The translations under genes and the position numbers were made by a program. A stretch of DNA of 63,945 bases, filler included, from Octopus bimaculoides (taxonomy: Eukaryota), in NCBI RefSeq assembly GCF_001194135.2. It is 3 parts of 3 records of this genome, joined end to end, with 100 filler letters (N's around TTAATTAATTAA, not from the genome) between each part and the next. Parts side by side here need not be neighbours in the genome. Positions count along the whole stretch, not along the records: positions 26,543 to 56,286 come from NC_068984.1; positions 56,387 to 63,945 come from NC_068987.1; 1 more part is not named here. The stretch is one strand, 5' to 3'. The first letter of the stretch is position 1. Every line of letters begins with the position of its first letter. The notes below the pieces were generated by a model. It searched no databases, was not told the origin of the DNA, and worked only from the letters and a program-made list of their open reading frames with translations. Shown here piece after piece: positions 50,305-63,945 of this stretch.

Positions 50305-51267
50305 ATATGTACCATACAACGTGTGTTTTTAATGAATGTACAATTTAGCGTCGCTAGAAAAAAGTGAATAAGGTGGTTATACTACGGGCTTTATCTTTCC
50401 CTGAACATAGAATCTAAATAGATTCTAGTTTTATTAGACATCCACCCAAAAGCAAATACCCATTTTCTTTCCACGGATGATAGTTCAACAAAACTAGAAA
50501 CTAATCAAATTCATTAAATTTTCTGGCCATAGGAAGGTAAATCTGCTTATTTTTCATAGAAATGCTAAAATGTACGTTAATTAAAAACTTATATTTACAT
50601 TTGTAATTAACGTGGCTTAGCAAACGAGAGTACCCAAAACATTGTTAAATAGTATATTTATCAATTTAAAGTTGTTGATTAAGTTCATTGCTACTCAGGA
50701 TCTATCGCTCGATACAATTGTTGTTGCCTGTACAATCAAATCGCGCGAGAAAGTGAACAGAGACGGAGTGAATCACTAGCGCTATATGTGTGTGTGTGTG
50801 TGTGTGTGTGTATGTTTAAACCTAAAGACAATTTCAAATCTGGCTGCCACTACGAGATTTCTGGTAAGTTAATGCTTCAGTTTATGTCAGGCGTGGAATT
50901 CGTTTTCTTAAAAGGCAACGACCACTGGGGAATATATAAATACGCAAATACATAATTGTTAATTCAAGCTTGCAGAAGTATTTCGCACCGAGGCAAGGGA
51001 GTTAAGTTCCTTTGTGGTGTGATAACGATATGAACAAGAGTCGTCTGGTCGCTTGCTAGAGCTAAACTATGTTGTTAGTTGCGGAAGAGTGAGTTGGTCT
51101 TGGGCGGATGATAGCAGTAGTGGCGGTGGTGGTGGTGGTGACGGTGATGCGAGTCTTACAGTCGTTGTATGTCAATTATCTTTTTCGTAACCGTGGAGAT
51201 ATTAGAAAGTAATGGAATGTCTATGTATTTCGAAAGGTCAGAAATGTTTCCACTTCTGTTTTACTTT

Positions 51268-51308
<41 letters not shown>

Positions 51309-52869
51309 GATATAGATATAGATATATACATGTTGGCTGGGCGGAGGCGGTGAAGAAGAGTAATGAAAAAAAATTGGAATGTTTCTATGATCCAAGAAAG
51401 TTAAAGTGATTCTTACATAGGCACCACAACTTCAGTTTCTTGTTTCTAGTAATGCGGGGGCATAGAGGAGAACGAGTGATGATATTCATGCATTTCCTAT
51501 GGATATTGAATATAATGTAAAATGATTTCAGCCAAGGACAGAAATCTAATTTCAAATACAATTCAATGGAATTTTACCTCAAATCTCGAGTAATGAAAAT
51601 ATTCTGTGACTCGTAATGGACTTCGCCCTCAAAATCAATGTCCTGTACATATCAACTTGGGGAATACATCTTCACCAGGTTATGGTCAGAAATAAGTGAA
51701 CAGAAATTGCTTGAATCGATTACAAACCTGAGGTGCAAACTCGGTTCTCCAGAGGTGTTCCATCTTTACGGTGCACTATTGTAGGAAACACGCAAAAATA
51801 TAATAATTATTATAAAATAAAATAACAGAAGTAGATAAAAAAAACAACAATGATGATCTGATGGTAAAGTTCTGAGTTGTAGAAATGCTAAGGATAGCAT
51901 AATGTGTTTATTTAAATAGTATTTTTGATTTGGCCTGAATAGAAAGTGAACAAAACTATAGTGCATATCTAGTCTTAAGTGTGTTATCCACTCTCTTTCT
52001 CGACATGCAGAGAAAGCTAGACGAAGTAAATAACATATTGATACTTTGAAGCATTAGACTTTTGAGGAATGTGAGAAAGTTAAAAATTACCAAAACATAT
52101 TGATTCTTAAAACTGGATGCTATATTTTTATGAGAACATCATTTTTAGGAGAAAAAGGAAATAGAAAGTCGACTCTGTTGAAATTCGAACACAGTAGGAT
52201 TATTTTATAATTGAAGACGGAAAATGAAGATCAAAAGGCAATCACAACAGCAATTGAACTAAAAAACACAATGAATCAAACTAGAAAGGGTCTGCACCAA
52301 GTCAATAACCAATAAAATTTCAATTATAAAATAAGAGATTAACTCGTTAATTTGTTTGGTTTATTAACATTGTTAGAAATGTTGAGAATTTTATTATGAA
52401 AATTAGAGAAAGTAAGTTTGTATGTTCAATAATAGCTGTTATTGGACGTTGCCTTTCGTCCCACTAAGATCGATAAATGAAATATAATAGACTAGCCATC
52501 TAAATATTCATCTTCTTCAAATCACACCTTACCGTCTTAAAAAACAAAAAATCAAAATAGCGATAGAAAATGTAGCCGTAAATATATACAAAAGAACAGA
52601 GTGATCAAAGCTGTAACACAACTTTATCGGGCTTTAAGAGCAACAAAATATCCTATACTGATCACATCAATATATTAGTTACACTGATCATAAGAAAGTC
52701 AGCCGATTGCTGGATATATCCCACACCCAACAACCACCAAACGAGTGCAAATGTACTCGTTTAGCTCATCTGGACAGGTCGGTCGATGGTACTTCTATGT
52801 ATGTCGAGTTTATTGGGAATCTGTAATATCGCTTCGCTAGTTCAAGGATTTCCGGAAGTTATCCATCTT

Positions 52870-53690
52870 ATTTTCGTTAACGTACATATTTCCCGAGAAC
52901 GTTGATGCTCTTTCCCAGCATTAATTTTCTATGGAAAACTAAAGTGGAAGGTACACTGGTCGTAACAACATTCCAGATATTAGGCACCCCTATATTGGTC
53001 GCAATTCCATGAAAAAGACAAGTTGGGGGAAAATGTGACTGAAAAAGTTAACTATGCTTCCTCATTGACAATGGATTGGAACATCTCAGCAGACCCCAAC
53101 CGATCACAACAGTATGTGATAGAGTAGGGTCTGTATGGATATTTAGATCCGAAAATCGTAAGGTCGTTCTGGAGCTGTACCCTAATGAGAGACCAGAAAG
53201 ATGGGCAATCAGAATAACGGTGTAGAGCAGAAAGTCTAGTTGCTACAAATGTGGTTGTAAACACCATTTAAGAACCTTCTCTCCAAAACAAAGAGGAAAG
53301 CTAGAAGAAAAGAGGCGGTATTGGACGGTAGAAGAAGCCCCAGTATCAACAGAAGTTACTGGAAGTTAAAGCTTTGGCTGTAACTGCCACTGCCTATAAA
53401 GTATCCTCAATCAGACACCAGGAGTGGGTGAAGCGGAAACAAGCGAATTGCCTTGTCCACCTCGACATCAGCAACAGGGTCCCACGATGACCGAGAGACT
53501 GAGGAACATTTTATTGCACAGGATCAGCCAGAAACAATTAGTAGCAGCAGTAGCCAACTCTCTAACGACGATGAAGAGAGAATGGTATTTGGAGAAGGAT
53601 TGGGAAGTGAGAAATCATAAAAATGAAAGAAAAGAAAAACAAGTAAAATTGAACCGAAAATCAAAGTCTCTCAAAGAAGCGCCCACCTTC
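52870..53690 (+). mobile_element. Decayed LINE ORF1-like region with zinc-knuckle relic
   Basis: At 53241, CYKCGCKHHLRTFSP resembles CX2CX4HX4C with the last Cys lost. It is preceded by a WAIRITV-like segment and followed by a K/E-rich tail, as in L1/Tx1 ORF1. Confidence 0.45.
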
Positions 53691-53991
53691 AAGAAATATA
53701 TGTATGTATGTATGTGTGTCAATGTTCAGCTTTATTTCAAAATTTCTTGCCAATAGTGAAAGAGCCGGTTTCAAACTTAGATTCAAGGCTCCTTCATTGA
53801 AATTCCAACATCAACAACAGGGTATGTATGTATGTATGTATGTATGTATGTATGTATGTATGTATGTGTGCAGATTTGTATGTTTTGCTTTATGTATGTA
53901 CTCTCATGCTTATAGTTGCGTATCTAGACATGCTCATATATATTCAAATGATAAACTTCTGAAAAGTTTTATAGTGTGTATACATTAAGTA

Positions 53992-54047
<56 letters not shown>

Positions 54048-54633
54048 TGTACATATGCACAGTGTGGAGGAATGATTCCTTATCTAAGATACAAAATGGC
54101 TTATGCACAGCAAATAAGTAACTACTTGTCTAGCGCCCTATGCCATACAAATATAGAGATTATGTATTATTCAGGAAAGTATATTACGCATGTGTAAGGG
54201 AGAACTGACTTATTAACTAGGCTCTAGGGCATACATACGCAAATGTCAATAATAGCCGATTCAATTGTCCCTAGTACAGAATGCTTTTTATTTTGCACAA
54301 CTGACTTCTGTATAAACCGAAATCAAAACGAAACAAGGCGATCTTCTAAATTGAAGTATGTGCGAAAATGCGTGCTCACGCATGTTTGCAGGTGCTTAAG
54401 CTTGTATACATGTGTATAGGGGACAGAAGACATTCAATTCAATACTGTAGAATCATGATAATATCGAACAACTGGAGCCTTATCTCTTACAGCAATAATT
54501 CCTTTGGGAAATGAAAGGACACACTTTTATCTATTTTATTTTAGTCTGGAGGATTCTACGTTAACCACAAAATCGTTATGTATATATTAGTGTGTGTACA
54601 TGTATGAACATAATGGTATATGCCTGTGTAGAT

Positions 54634-54950
54634 CAAGGATTCTCAACCATTTTTATCTATGTACTCCTTTTAATTACTATTTTATTCTGGTGGATCCTAT
54701 AGCCATTCGATGTTGAAAAACAGTTTTATAGAAACTTCTTTCAAAATTCCTATATTGTCTTTCACGGACTAACTTGTGGAGGTTGAACTATGGAAAATGT
54801 TAGAGAAAGAAGCCTAACTTTTCTTGCAATACATAATCATCACAGCAAAAATTTTTCAGGAGTCCTAAAAATGCTATTGTGAATCACCAGTTTATTATTT
54901 TGTTGTGTAGACCTCCAAAATCTTATATGGACCCCGGTTGAGAACCACTG
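54634..54950. mobile_element. Non-autonomous hAT-type MITE
   Basis: TIRs caaggattctcaacc / ggttgagaaccactg and 8-bp TSD gtgtagat / atgtagat. Confidence 0.8.
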
Positions 54951-55684
54951 ATGTAGATGTATGCAAAAAGAAGCTCTAAATTATCTTCATTTATAATCGT
55001 GCACATCAACTTTTACAAGCTACACAGTCTTATCAACAGGTAACTTCTACGTCTGTATCAGTATATGTATATATGTATGTGTGTGTGTATATCTATACAT
55101 ACATATATAAGTGTGTGTGCGTGTGTGTGCGTGTGTGTATGTGTACATATATACATACATACACACATAAATACACAAACACACACTTACTTATGTATGT
55201 ATGATGTGTTGCGTCTCAAAATTTCTTTGAGTCGATCGTCTCCATACAAACGGTTTAATAACTGTACACATGAGCTTGTATCAGATTAGTTGTACACATG
55301 TTGAAACATATGTTTATACAACTTGACGCTTATTTTAAGGTTAAACCAATATTGTTGGAAGCTAATAGATTTTCTTTCAACCCAGTTTAAACGTACATAC
55401 TCGTGCAGACGTGTATATGTAGATATATAGTTGTATGTGTATGCATATGAATGCATGCATCTAAAATTATGCATTCATACGCATAAAATATGTGCANNNN
55501 NNNNNNNNNNNNNNNNNNNNNNNNNNNNNNNNNNNNNNNNNNNNNNNNNNNNNNNNNNNNNNNNNNNNNNNNNNNNNNNNNNNNNNNNNNNNNNNNNNNN
55601 NNNNNNNNNNNNNNNNNNNNNNNNNNNNNNNNNNNNNNNNNNNNNNNNNNNNNNNNNNNNNNNNNNNNNNNNNNNNNNNNNNNN

Positions 55685-55721
<37 letters not shown>

Positions 55722-55995
55722 GTATATATATATGTGTGCATGTATGTGTGCGTGTGCGAGTGTGTATACGTGTGCGTGTGTGTGCGTGTGCATGTGTCTG
55801 TGCGTGTACATCTTAAGACGCGCGTGTATTTATGTATCGAAATCTGTGTATGTAGAAATTATATATGTATACGTGTATGGGTGAGTGTATGTCATAAAGT
55901 ACGCGATTCGCTTTCTTGATTACACACACACACACGCACACACACTACACACCACACACACATGATATATGTGTTCGTGCCTATTTGCATATAAA

Positions 55996-56062
<67 letters not shown>

Positions 56063-56286
56063 CTTAATATATAAATCTGAAATTGTGTGTTTGTGTGAAG
56101 CCTTTTTGAATGTTTATAGAAATCCACATTTTCCACTTTTTCGTAAAAATTTTTACATCAATGGAATTTTCTCGATCTGAACTTTCCAGTGCAGTAATTA
56201 GATTTTTTTAAATTCCGTTTACTTTGTGTGATTTAAGGGAGATTTGGCTGTTGTTTCTAGCAACTTTTATATTTCATCCCTGCTAC

Positions 56287-56386
56287 NNNNNNNNNNNNNN
56301 NNNNNNNNNNNNNNNNNNNNNNNNNNNNNNTTAATTAATTAANNNNNNNNNNNNNNNNNNNNNNNNNNNNNNNNNNNNNNNNNNNN
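56287..56386. other. Assembly join spacer N44-TTAATTAATTAA-N44
   Basis: Identical to the spacer at 26443-26542. Confidence 0.93.
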
Positions 56387-56455
56387 GACAGTGTGATTGG
56401 TCACGAAAGCGGCACAGGGTTACTGCGAGGAACAGTAAAATGATACTGTTGAAGA

Positions 56456-56491
<36 letters not shown>

Positions 56492-56849
56492 TTATGTGAG
56501 AGAGCGAGAGAACTCAGTGTGGAATACGACGTTGTGACGGTAGTTGTGGTGGTGGTGGTGGTGGTGGTGGTGTTATTAGAGGTCGGAGGTCACTTTAGAG
56601 ACAGTGCAAACGGGCGAAACGTGTACATGAGAGGTAACTCCCACACACCTCACATGTACACGGCTCACCTGCTCGCTCTGACTTCGACTTTTAAGCGTCG
56701 TCGTCGTCGTCGTCGTCGTCATCGTCTCGTCATCATCAAAAGCTATTACTGTTCATATTACTATTGTTCTTTTACTGTGCAAGTATGTGTTTATATCTAT
56801 CTATCTATCTATCTATCTATCCATCTCTTTTACTCTTTTACTTGTTTCA

Positions 56850-57145
56850 GTCTTTTGACTGTGGCCATGCTGGAGCACCGCCTTTAGTCGAGCAAATCGA
56901 CCCCAGGACTTATTCTTTGGAAGCCTAGTACTTATTCTATCGGTCTCTTTTGCCGAACCGCTAAGTTACGGGGACGTAAACACACCACCATCGGTTGTCA
57001 AGCGATGTTGGGGGGACAAACACACACACACACACACAAACACATACACACATACATATATATATATACATATATACGACAGGCTTCTTTCAGTTTCCGT
57101 CTACCAAATCCACTCACAAGGCTTTGGTCGGCCCGAGGCTATAGT
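56850..57145 (-). mobile_element. SINE family B copy (young-looking, truncated by gap)
   Basis: gctggagcaccgcctttagtcgagcaaatcgaccccagg...ccgaaccgctaagttacgggg...gcttctttcagtttccgtctaccaaatcc. Confidence 0.85.
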
Positions 57146-57844
57146 NNNNNNNNNNNNNNNNNNNNNNNNNNNNNNNNNNNNNNNNNNNNNNNNNNNNNNN
57201 NNNNNNNNNNNNNNNNNNNNNNNNNNNNNNNNNNNNNNNNNNNNNNNNNNNNNNNNNNNNNNNNNNNNNNNNNNNNNNNNNNNNNNNNNNNNNNNNNNNN
57301 NNNNNNNNNNNNNNNNNNNNNNNNNNNNNNNNNNNNNNNNNNNNNNNNNNNNNNNNNNNNNNNNNNNNNNNNNNNNNNNNNNNNNNNNNNNNNNNNNNNN
57401 NNNNNNNNNNNNNNNNNNNNNNNNNNNNNNNNNNNNNNNNNNNNNNNNNNNNNNNNNNNNNNNNNNNNNNNNNNNNNNNNNNNNNNNNNNNNNNNNNNNN
57501 NNNNNNNNNNNNNNNNNNNNNNNNNNNNNNNNNNNNNNNNNNNNNNNNNNNNNNNNNNNNNNNNNNNNNNNNNNNNNNNNNNNNNNNNNNNNNNNNNNNN
57601 NNNNNNNNNNNNNNNNNNNNNNNNNNNNNNNNNNNNNNNNNGATGAGAATGTGTGTCTGTCTGTCTATCTGTCTGTGTGAATCCCTAAAACCCGAGAACT
57701 ACACAACAGATTTCACTCAAATTTTACACATGCCTTACTTAGGGTCCAAGTAGTGTCATGGGCCCCAAAGATTTCAAACTTCTTGCTTATGCGAGACCAG
57801 AGCAATCTCTTATCTCTTCTCGATAAAGTCTGTTCACAGGGCCA

Positions 57845-58200
57845 CGTTTATGGATGCGTCAATTGATGGTGCTTTGTGAAGGACTAAGTTCTGCTGTCAA
57901 CTTCCGAGTGCCTTTCATTGGCTGTTGTTCAGCCATTTCAAGCAAGGGTTTATCCTCCACAACAGAGGGTCTCCCTGACCTCGGTTTGTTTTCGAGCCTG
58001 GTATCACCTTTCTTCAAACGTCTGAACCAGTTTTGTGCCATACGTTCTTTAGCAGTTTTTGGGTCTCCCATATTAATTTCTTTCTCCACTGCCTTTGTAC
58101 ACATTCTTTTTTTTTTTTTCCACAAGCAGCCTAAAATGGCTCTAACAGCAAGTTATTTCATCACTCATTCTCAAACCTGTAAAATAAAGAATAAACAATT
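57845..58200 (-). mobile_element. Mariner transposase N-terminal HTH fragment
   Basis: TAKERMAQNWFRRLKKGDTRLENKPRSGRPSVVEDKPLLEMAEQQP...STIN matches the mariner WFxRF..GD..LED.PRSGRP motif. Confidence 0.85.
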
Positions 58201-58367
58201 TATGTTTATACGTTATAAATGAAAATAAATGATAAACAAGTCAGTAACGATAGGACAACGAGTTCTATCAAATTACTGATATAACATGGAGATACAAGTT
58301 GTCAAATCTCATCAGGGTATATACTCAACCGGGTGTATACATATACACAGACACAAACGCACGCACG

Positions 58368-58427
<60 letters not shown>

Positions 58428-58518
58428 TATATCTTTCCATATACCTTCTCTACCTTTCTCCATGTTAAAATAATTTCTTATTTTCCCTCCTTTCATAATG
58501 AAATAATATAGAATAATT

Positions 58519-58745
58519 GAACTGGCAGAAACGTTAGCACGTCGGGCGAAATGTTAGGCGGTATTTCGTCTGCCGCTACGTTCTGAGTTCAAATTCCGCC
58601 GAGGTCGACTTTGCCTTTCATGCTTTCGGGGTCGATAAATTAAGTACCAATTACGCACTGGGGTCGATATAATCGACTTAATCCCTTTGTTTGTCCTTGT
58701 TTGTCCCCTCTATGTTTCGCCCCTTGTAGGCAATAAAGAAAAAAG
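58519..58745 (+). mobile_element. SINE family A copy
   Basis: actggcagaaacgttagcacgtcgggcgaaatg...gttctgagttcaaattccgccgaggtcgactttgcc...ggggtcgatataatcgact. Confidence 0.85.
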
Positions 58746-59960
58746 AATAATTATTGCTGTATTTGTAACCCTTTCGTACTGATGAGCTCCAAGCAAATCG
58801 AAATAGGAACTATATACAAATATAGAGGCCTTTATTGATTAGTACAAAAATCAAGGATTATATAGTTGAAACGAAAATATAATGGAAATTTAATGATTAA
58901 ATGCATAATAATCATATGATCTACCCTGTGTCATTAAATTCAAATTTATTTCATTGTTGAAAATTGTAACTGATAACAGTTCTTGACCAGACGATTCTCT
59001 CCTTTGCGATGATAATGAAAAATCAATGAACAAGTATTTTGCTGTTTTATACAATTACATGAACATTTCTGGAACTTTTGTTGTCTCTCCAGAGGGTCAT
59101 TATGCCAATAATAAATACACGCACTGGTTCCATCAATTGGTTAAAGTTTTAGCCAATAAATCGATTGTTTGATTATCATTATCAATCAGTCAGGTATGTT
59201 TGCCAACGACCCCTTTGTCGCCATCCGCGATTTATTCAGTGACATATTTTCTTTACTCCAGGTCAACTTCAGGTGAAAATTTATTGAAATAAATTTAGAA
59301 GAATTATGACGCACTCCATTCCATCACACTCAAATTTATTTCATTGTTGAAAATACTAAGTAATATCGGTTCTTGCCTAGAACAGTGCTCCGCAACTGGT
59401 ATGCCGCGGCACACTGGTCTGCCAAGAAACGATGCGAGGTGCGCCGCAGTGTAAACTAAATATAGTTCCTTCCCTATACTTTTTGTTCTACTTTTAGTTC
59501 CCTTGTGCTACCGAATTCCAAAAAGAATATAAGTGTACCACAAGTGTACCACAAGTNNNNNNNNNNNNNNNNNNNNNNNNNNNNNNNNNNNNNNNNNNNN
59601 NNNNNNNNNNNNNNNNNNNNNNNNNNNNNNNNNNNNNNNNNNNNNNNNNNNNNNNNNNNNNNNNNNNNNNNNNNNNNNNNNNNNNNNNNNNNNNNNNNNN
59701 NNNNNNNNNNNNNNNNNNNNNNNNNNNNNNNNNNNNNNNNNNNNNNNNNNNNNNNNNNNNNNNNNNNNNNNNNNNNNNNNNCTCATAGCTGGCCGCCTAC
59801 ACTTTTCTCTGCAAAATAGGGGTAGCTTATCCTGTTCAGGCTATGTTATTAGCATTATTCTGCGATTGAGAATTTAAAATCACTTCTTTAACTTTCTAAA
59901 AGACATCTAAACGCTTCTAAAGGCAAACTTCGTTTGTTCGTTTACGTTTATCGTAATTTG

Positions 59961-59998
<38 letters not shown>

Positions 59999-59999
59999 T

Positions 60000-60150
60000 A
60001 CGGGCTGCTTTCAGTTTCGTCTACCAAATCCACACACAAGGCTTTGGTCCGCCCGAGTCTATAGTGGCAGACACTTGCCCAAGGTGACACGCGGTGGCAC
60101 TGAACCCGGAACCATGTGGTTGGGAAGCAAGCTTCTTACCACACTGTCAC
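60000..60150 (-). mobile_element. SINE family B head fragment
   Basis: cgggctgctttcagtttcgtctaccaaatcc...gacacttgcccaagg...actgaacccggaaccatgtggttgggaagcaagc. Confidence 0.8.
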
Positions 60151-60639
60151 ACTTGTGCCTATATGAATAATTTCGTATAAGGTGTATGATGTAAATGTAT
60201 AAAGATTATACAATTTACATTAAATAAATTTCAGTTAAAATTGGCTTCGAATTTTGGGACGAGGCCAGCGATGTCATGGGGACGCGGCAAGTCGATTACA
60301 TCGACCTTGATAAAAAAAAAAAGAAATGATACTCGCACGCACGCAAACACATACACACACAAATAAACAGAAGGAAACATGTTTATTGCCATACACAAAC
60401 CCAGACAGATAGAGAGGGAAGAGAGAGAAAGGGGAGAAAGATGAGAGAGAGAGAAAAAAAAAGAAAACGAATGAGAGAGAGAGAAACAGAGAGAGATGGG
60501 GAAAAATTGAGTTTAGAGAAATGTTTTAGCGAAATCAACAACCAACAATCTAAGATACTCAAAGACATCTACACAGGAAATATCTACTTTGATTAAGACT
60601 TTGGTCACAACTCTTGGAATTGACCGTTTCCGCCGGCGT

Positions 60640-61323
60640 TCTTGTTATTATTGTTGTTGCTGCTGTTGTTGCTGTTGTTGTTGTTTTTGTTGTTGTTGTT
60701 GTTGTTCTTCTTCTTCTTCTTCTTCTTCTTCTTCTTCTTCTTCTTCTTCTTCTTCTTTTTCTTCTTCTTCTTCCTTTTCTTCCCCTTCTTTTTCTTCTTA
60801 TCTTTCTTGTTGCTGTTGGTGGTTTTTATTGTTGTTGTTGTTGTTGTTGTTCTTCTTCTTCTTCTTCTTCTTCTTCTTCTTCTTCTTCTTCTTCTTCTTC
60901 TTCTTCTTCTTCTTCTTCTTCTTCTTTCTCAACTCCTCCTTTTTGTCTTTCTTCTTCTTGTTGTTGTTTCTGCTTTTCGCTTGTCTGTTATTAAATGTTT
61001 ACCGTTATGTTAATAACACTACCGCGAATACCTCCTCCACCACCACCACCACCGCCACCACCACCACCACCACAACTATCACAGAGTCCATAATCCCACC
61101 ACCGCCACGACGACCACGACGATGACCACCACCACCATCATCCCAACTGCAACCACATCCATCACCATCATGAACATCATAGTAGTCGTCATCAATCATA
61201 ACAACCATCATCACTGTCGGCATCGTCGCCATCGTCATCATCACCAAACATCATCATCATCCTCATCATCCTCATCATTATCATCATCATCATCATCATC
61301 ATCCTCATCATCATCATCATCAA

Positions 61324-61356
<33 letters not shown>

Positions 61357-61365
61357 CATCATCAA

Positions 61366-61397
<32 letters not shown>

Positions 61398-61451
61398 CCA
61401 TCATCATCGTTATCATCATCATCATCACCACCAACGTCATCATCATCATCC

Positions 61452-61493
<42 letters not shown>

Positions 61494-61700
61494 ACATCAT
61501 CATCATCATCATCATCATCATCATTGTCATACGTCATTGTCGTCATCATCATCCTCATAGTCCACGTCATCATCGTCATCATTATCCTCGTCATCATCAT
61601 CATCATCATCATCATCATCAACATTATCATCATTACCTTCATCAATGTCATCGTCGTCCCTATCATCCCCACCGCCGCCACCACCACCATAATCTCTTCA
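60640..61700. repeat. Compound trinucleotide low-complexity array: (TTG)n/(CTT)n, then (CAC)n and a long (CAT)n
   Basis: Directly visible. Accounts for the poly-S/M/D/L pseudo-ORFs. Confidence 0.9.
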
Positions 61701-61961
61701 CCACTCCCGGCTTTCATCCGTCATCAAAACGTTTTGATGTTTGTGGTTTTCATTGACCGTCGTCCGTCAGTGACTCTCTTTTGTTTTTTTTTTGTTTTTT
61801 TTTTGATATTTTTTAATATTACATTTTCTTGCGATATATATCGTACCTACATAACTTTACCTCGTCTTTCTCAATCTAAATGACCCTGGCTGGGAAACAG
61901 TGACACAACACACATGCACACACAGATGCAGAAACATATACACATACAAATATAATTGAAT

Positions 61962-62018
<57 letters not shown>

Positions 62019-63753
62019 CATGTACGCACATATCAGCAGGTAAGTGTTCGGTCATTTTCATTTAAGTGCGTACGTAAATATGTAAACGAATACTTATAAA
62101 ATTAGATAAGTGCCTAAGAATACACACTATATGTGTGCATATGTCTATGTGAGTATATATATATATNNNNNNNNNNNNNNNNNNNNNNNNNNNNNNNNNN
62201 NNNNNNNNNNNNNNNNNNNNNNNNNNNNNNNNNNNNNNNNNNNNNNNNNNNNNNNNNNNNNNNNNNNNNNNNNNNNNNNNNNNNNNNNNNNNNNNNNNNN
62301 NNNNNNNNNNNNNNNNNNNNNNNNNNNNNNNNNNNNNNNNNNNNNNNNNNNNNNNNNNNNNNNNNNNNNNNNNNNNNNNNNNNNNNNNNNNNNNNNNNNN
62401 NNNNNNNNNNNNNNNNNNNNNNNNNNNNNNNNNNNNNNNNNNNNNNNNNNNNNNNNNNNNNNNNNNNNNNNNNNNNNNNNNNNNNNNNNNNNNNNNNNNN
62501 NNNNNNNNNNNNNNNNNNNNNNNNNNNNNNNNNNNNNNNNNNNNNNNNNNNNNNNNNNNNNNNNNNNNNNNNNNNNNNNNNNNNNNNNNNNNNNNNNNNN
62601 NNNNNNNNNNNNNNNNNNNNNNNNNNNNNNNNNNNNNNNNNNNNNNNNNNNNNNNNNNNNNNNNNNNNNNNNNNNNNNNNNNNNNNNNNNNNNNNNNNNN
62701 NNNNNNNNNNNNNNNNNNNNNNNNNNNNNNNNNNNNNNNNNNNNNNNNNNNNNNNNNNNNNNNNNNNNNNNNNNNNNNNNNNNNNNNNNNNNNNNNNNNN
62801 NNATATATATATATATATACATAGGATAGAGGGGGTGAGTTGACAGTTTATAGTTGGGTATGGTCATAAATATTGTCAGGATTTTAAGAAATGTATAAGT
62901 AATTATCTATAAAGTAGGCTTGGTAGGGGGAGACCCCAAATAAAGATGTTAGTTACCAGTTAAAGGAGCAAGACGCTGATAAAATCTATGATGTAGATAC
63001 AGAGGAAATTACTATGGAGTGCTATGGATGATTGTTCATAAACAATACTTTTATGCTGTATAAAGATAAAATTTACAATTACTAAAAATATTATAACCAG
63101 AATAGATAAACTGTGTATATATGCTAATTTTCAACACTAGAAGGGGAAGTTTACATAGAATTAGTTTATTATTCATTTCTGTACTTAATTATTTACTTAT
63201 TAGGTGGTTTCTATAAAGTTTGTTCCGGGTATTTACTTATGGAATACTGGGACGATAAATCATGCTATCTTTATGTTAATTATAAGCAAAGAATCAGAAA
63301 AAATCGGAAAAAACAAGTTGTGCACAGATACATATATTTAACTATGTACACACATGCAAATATACACAAATATTTGTACTTTATTATGGGTATGTTCTAA
63401 TCGACTCTCATAGACTTAAGTAACTAGAAAGTTTATATTTCTCTTTGAGAATATTAATGACTTATAAAAGGTAAGAGTTTAATAGGTAAAAATATCAAAA
63501 TAAGAAAACAAAATAATAAGAAATTACAGAGAATAGTAAGAAAATATATATCACTTATTATATATAATACTACGGGGTAAGTTCACATCGGATATGATAT
63601 TAAAAATTAATTTCTTTTATCTATATTCAAGTGTAGCACCATTAAACGCTAATTTCGAAAATATTTAAATGTACGGGTGACCCTATGTACGCATGATACC
63701 CTTAGGTCTAATCTATTGTTAACCAGGTTGCTCTAGTCTCCATACTTAAATAT

Positions 63754-63801
<48 letters not shown>

Positions 63802-63945
63802 TAAACCTTGGGAGAGGCATTATGCCGGTAATAAACACACGCACTGGTTCAGTCCTTTATTAATTTATATAGTTTTTTGTTAAATTATTTCATTGCACTC
63901 TTGCAATCTCTTCAGTAACTTGTCTCTCCACTTCCATTTATTTTG

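Noticed and set aside
50700-50850. CpG-containing segment ending in CTG|GTAAGT, a possible first exon on the + strand
   Set aside because: A single donor-like motif with no downstream coding exon support.
58779-58810. CTGATGAG...CGAAA hammerhead-like core
   Set aside because: No convincing stem II, stem I or NUH site.
60589-61883. Long poly-S/M/D/L/F ORFs
   Set aside because: Pure microsatellite translations.

Overview
Eukaryotic, AT-rich, microsatellite- and SINE-dense genomic DNA; the repeat landscape suggests an octopus or other cephalopod (inference). Two artificial 100-bp spacers (N44-TTAATTAATTAA-N44 at 26443-26542 and 56287-56386) split the window into three joined scaffold pieces. 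Piece 1 (1-26442) carries the 3' half of a phospholipase C-gamma gene on the minus strand: 11 well-supported exons plus one tentative terminal exon, covering SH3, split-PH C-half, catalytic Y-box, C2 and an acidic coiled-coil tail. One intron (15799-17612) is a minor-spliceosome U12-type AT-AC intron. I found no host genes in pieces 2 and 3, only decayed transposons (RTE, R4/Dong-like, R2-like and L1/Tx1-like LINE remnants, Tc1/mariner fragments, hAT MITEs), several tRNA-derived SINE families and simple repeats. Most notable: a tRNA-headed SINE family whose 3' part matches a Penelope-type minimal hammerhead ribozyme and twice has an inverted tail copy just upstream; the AT-AC intron; and a single-copy G-U-rich pre-miRNA-like hairpin at about 35.7 kb. 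All alignments and folds were done by eye.
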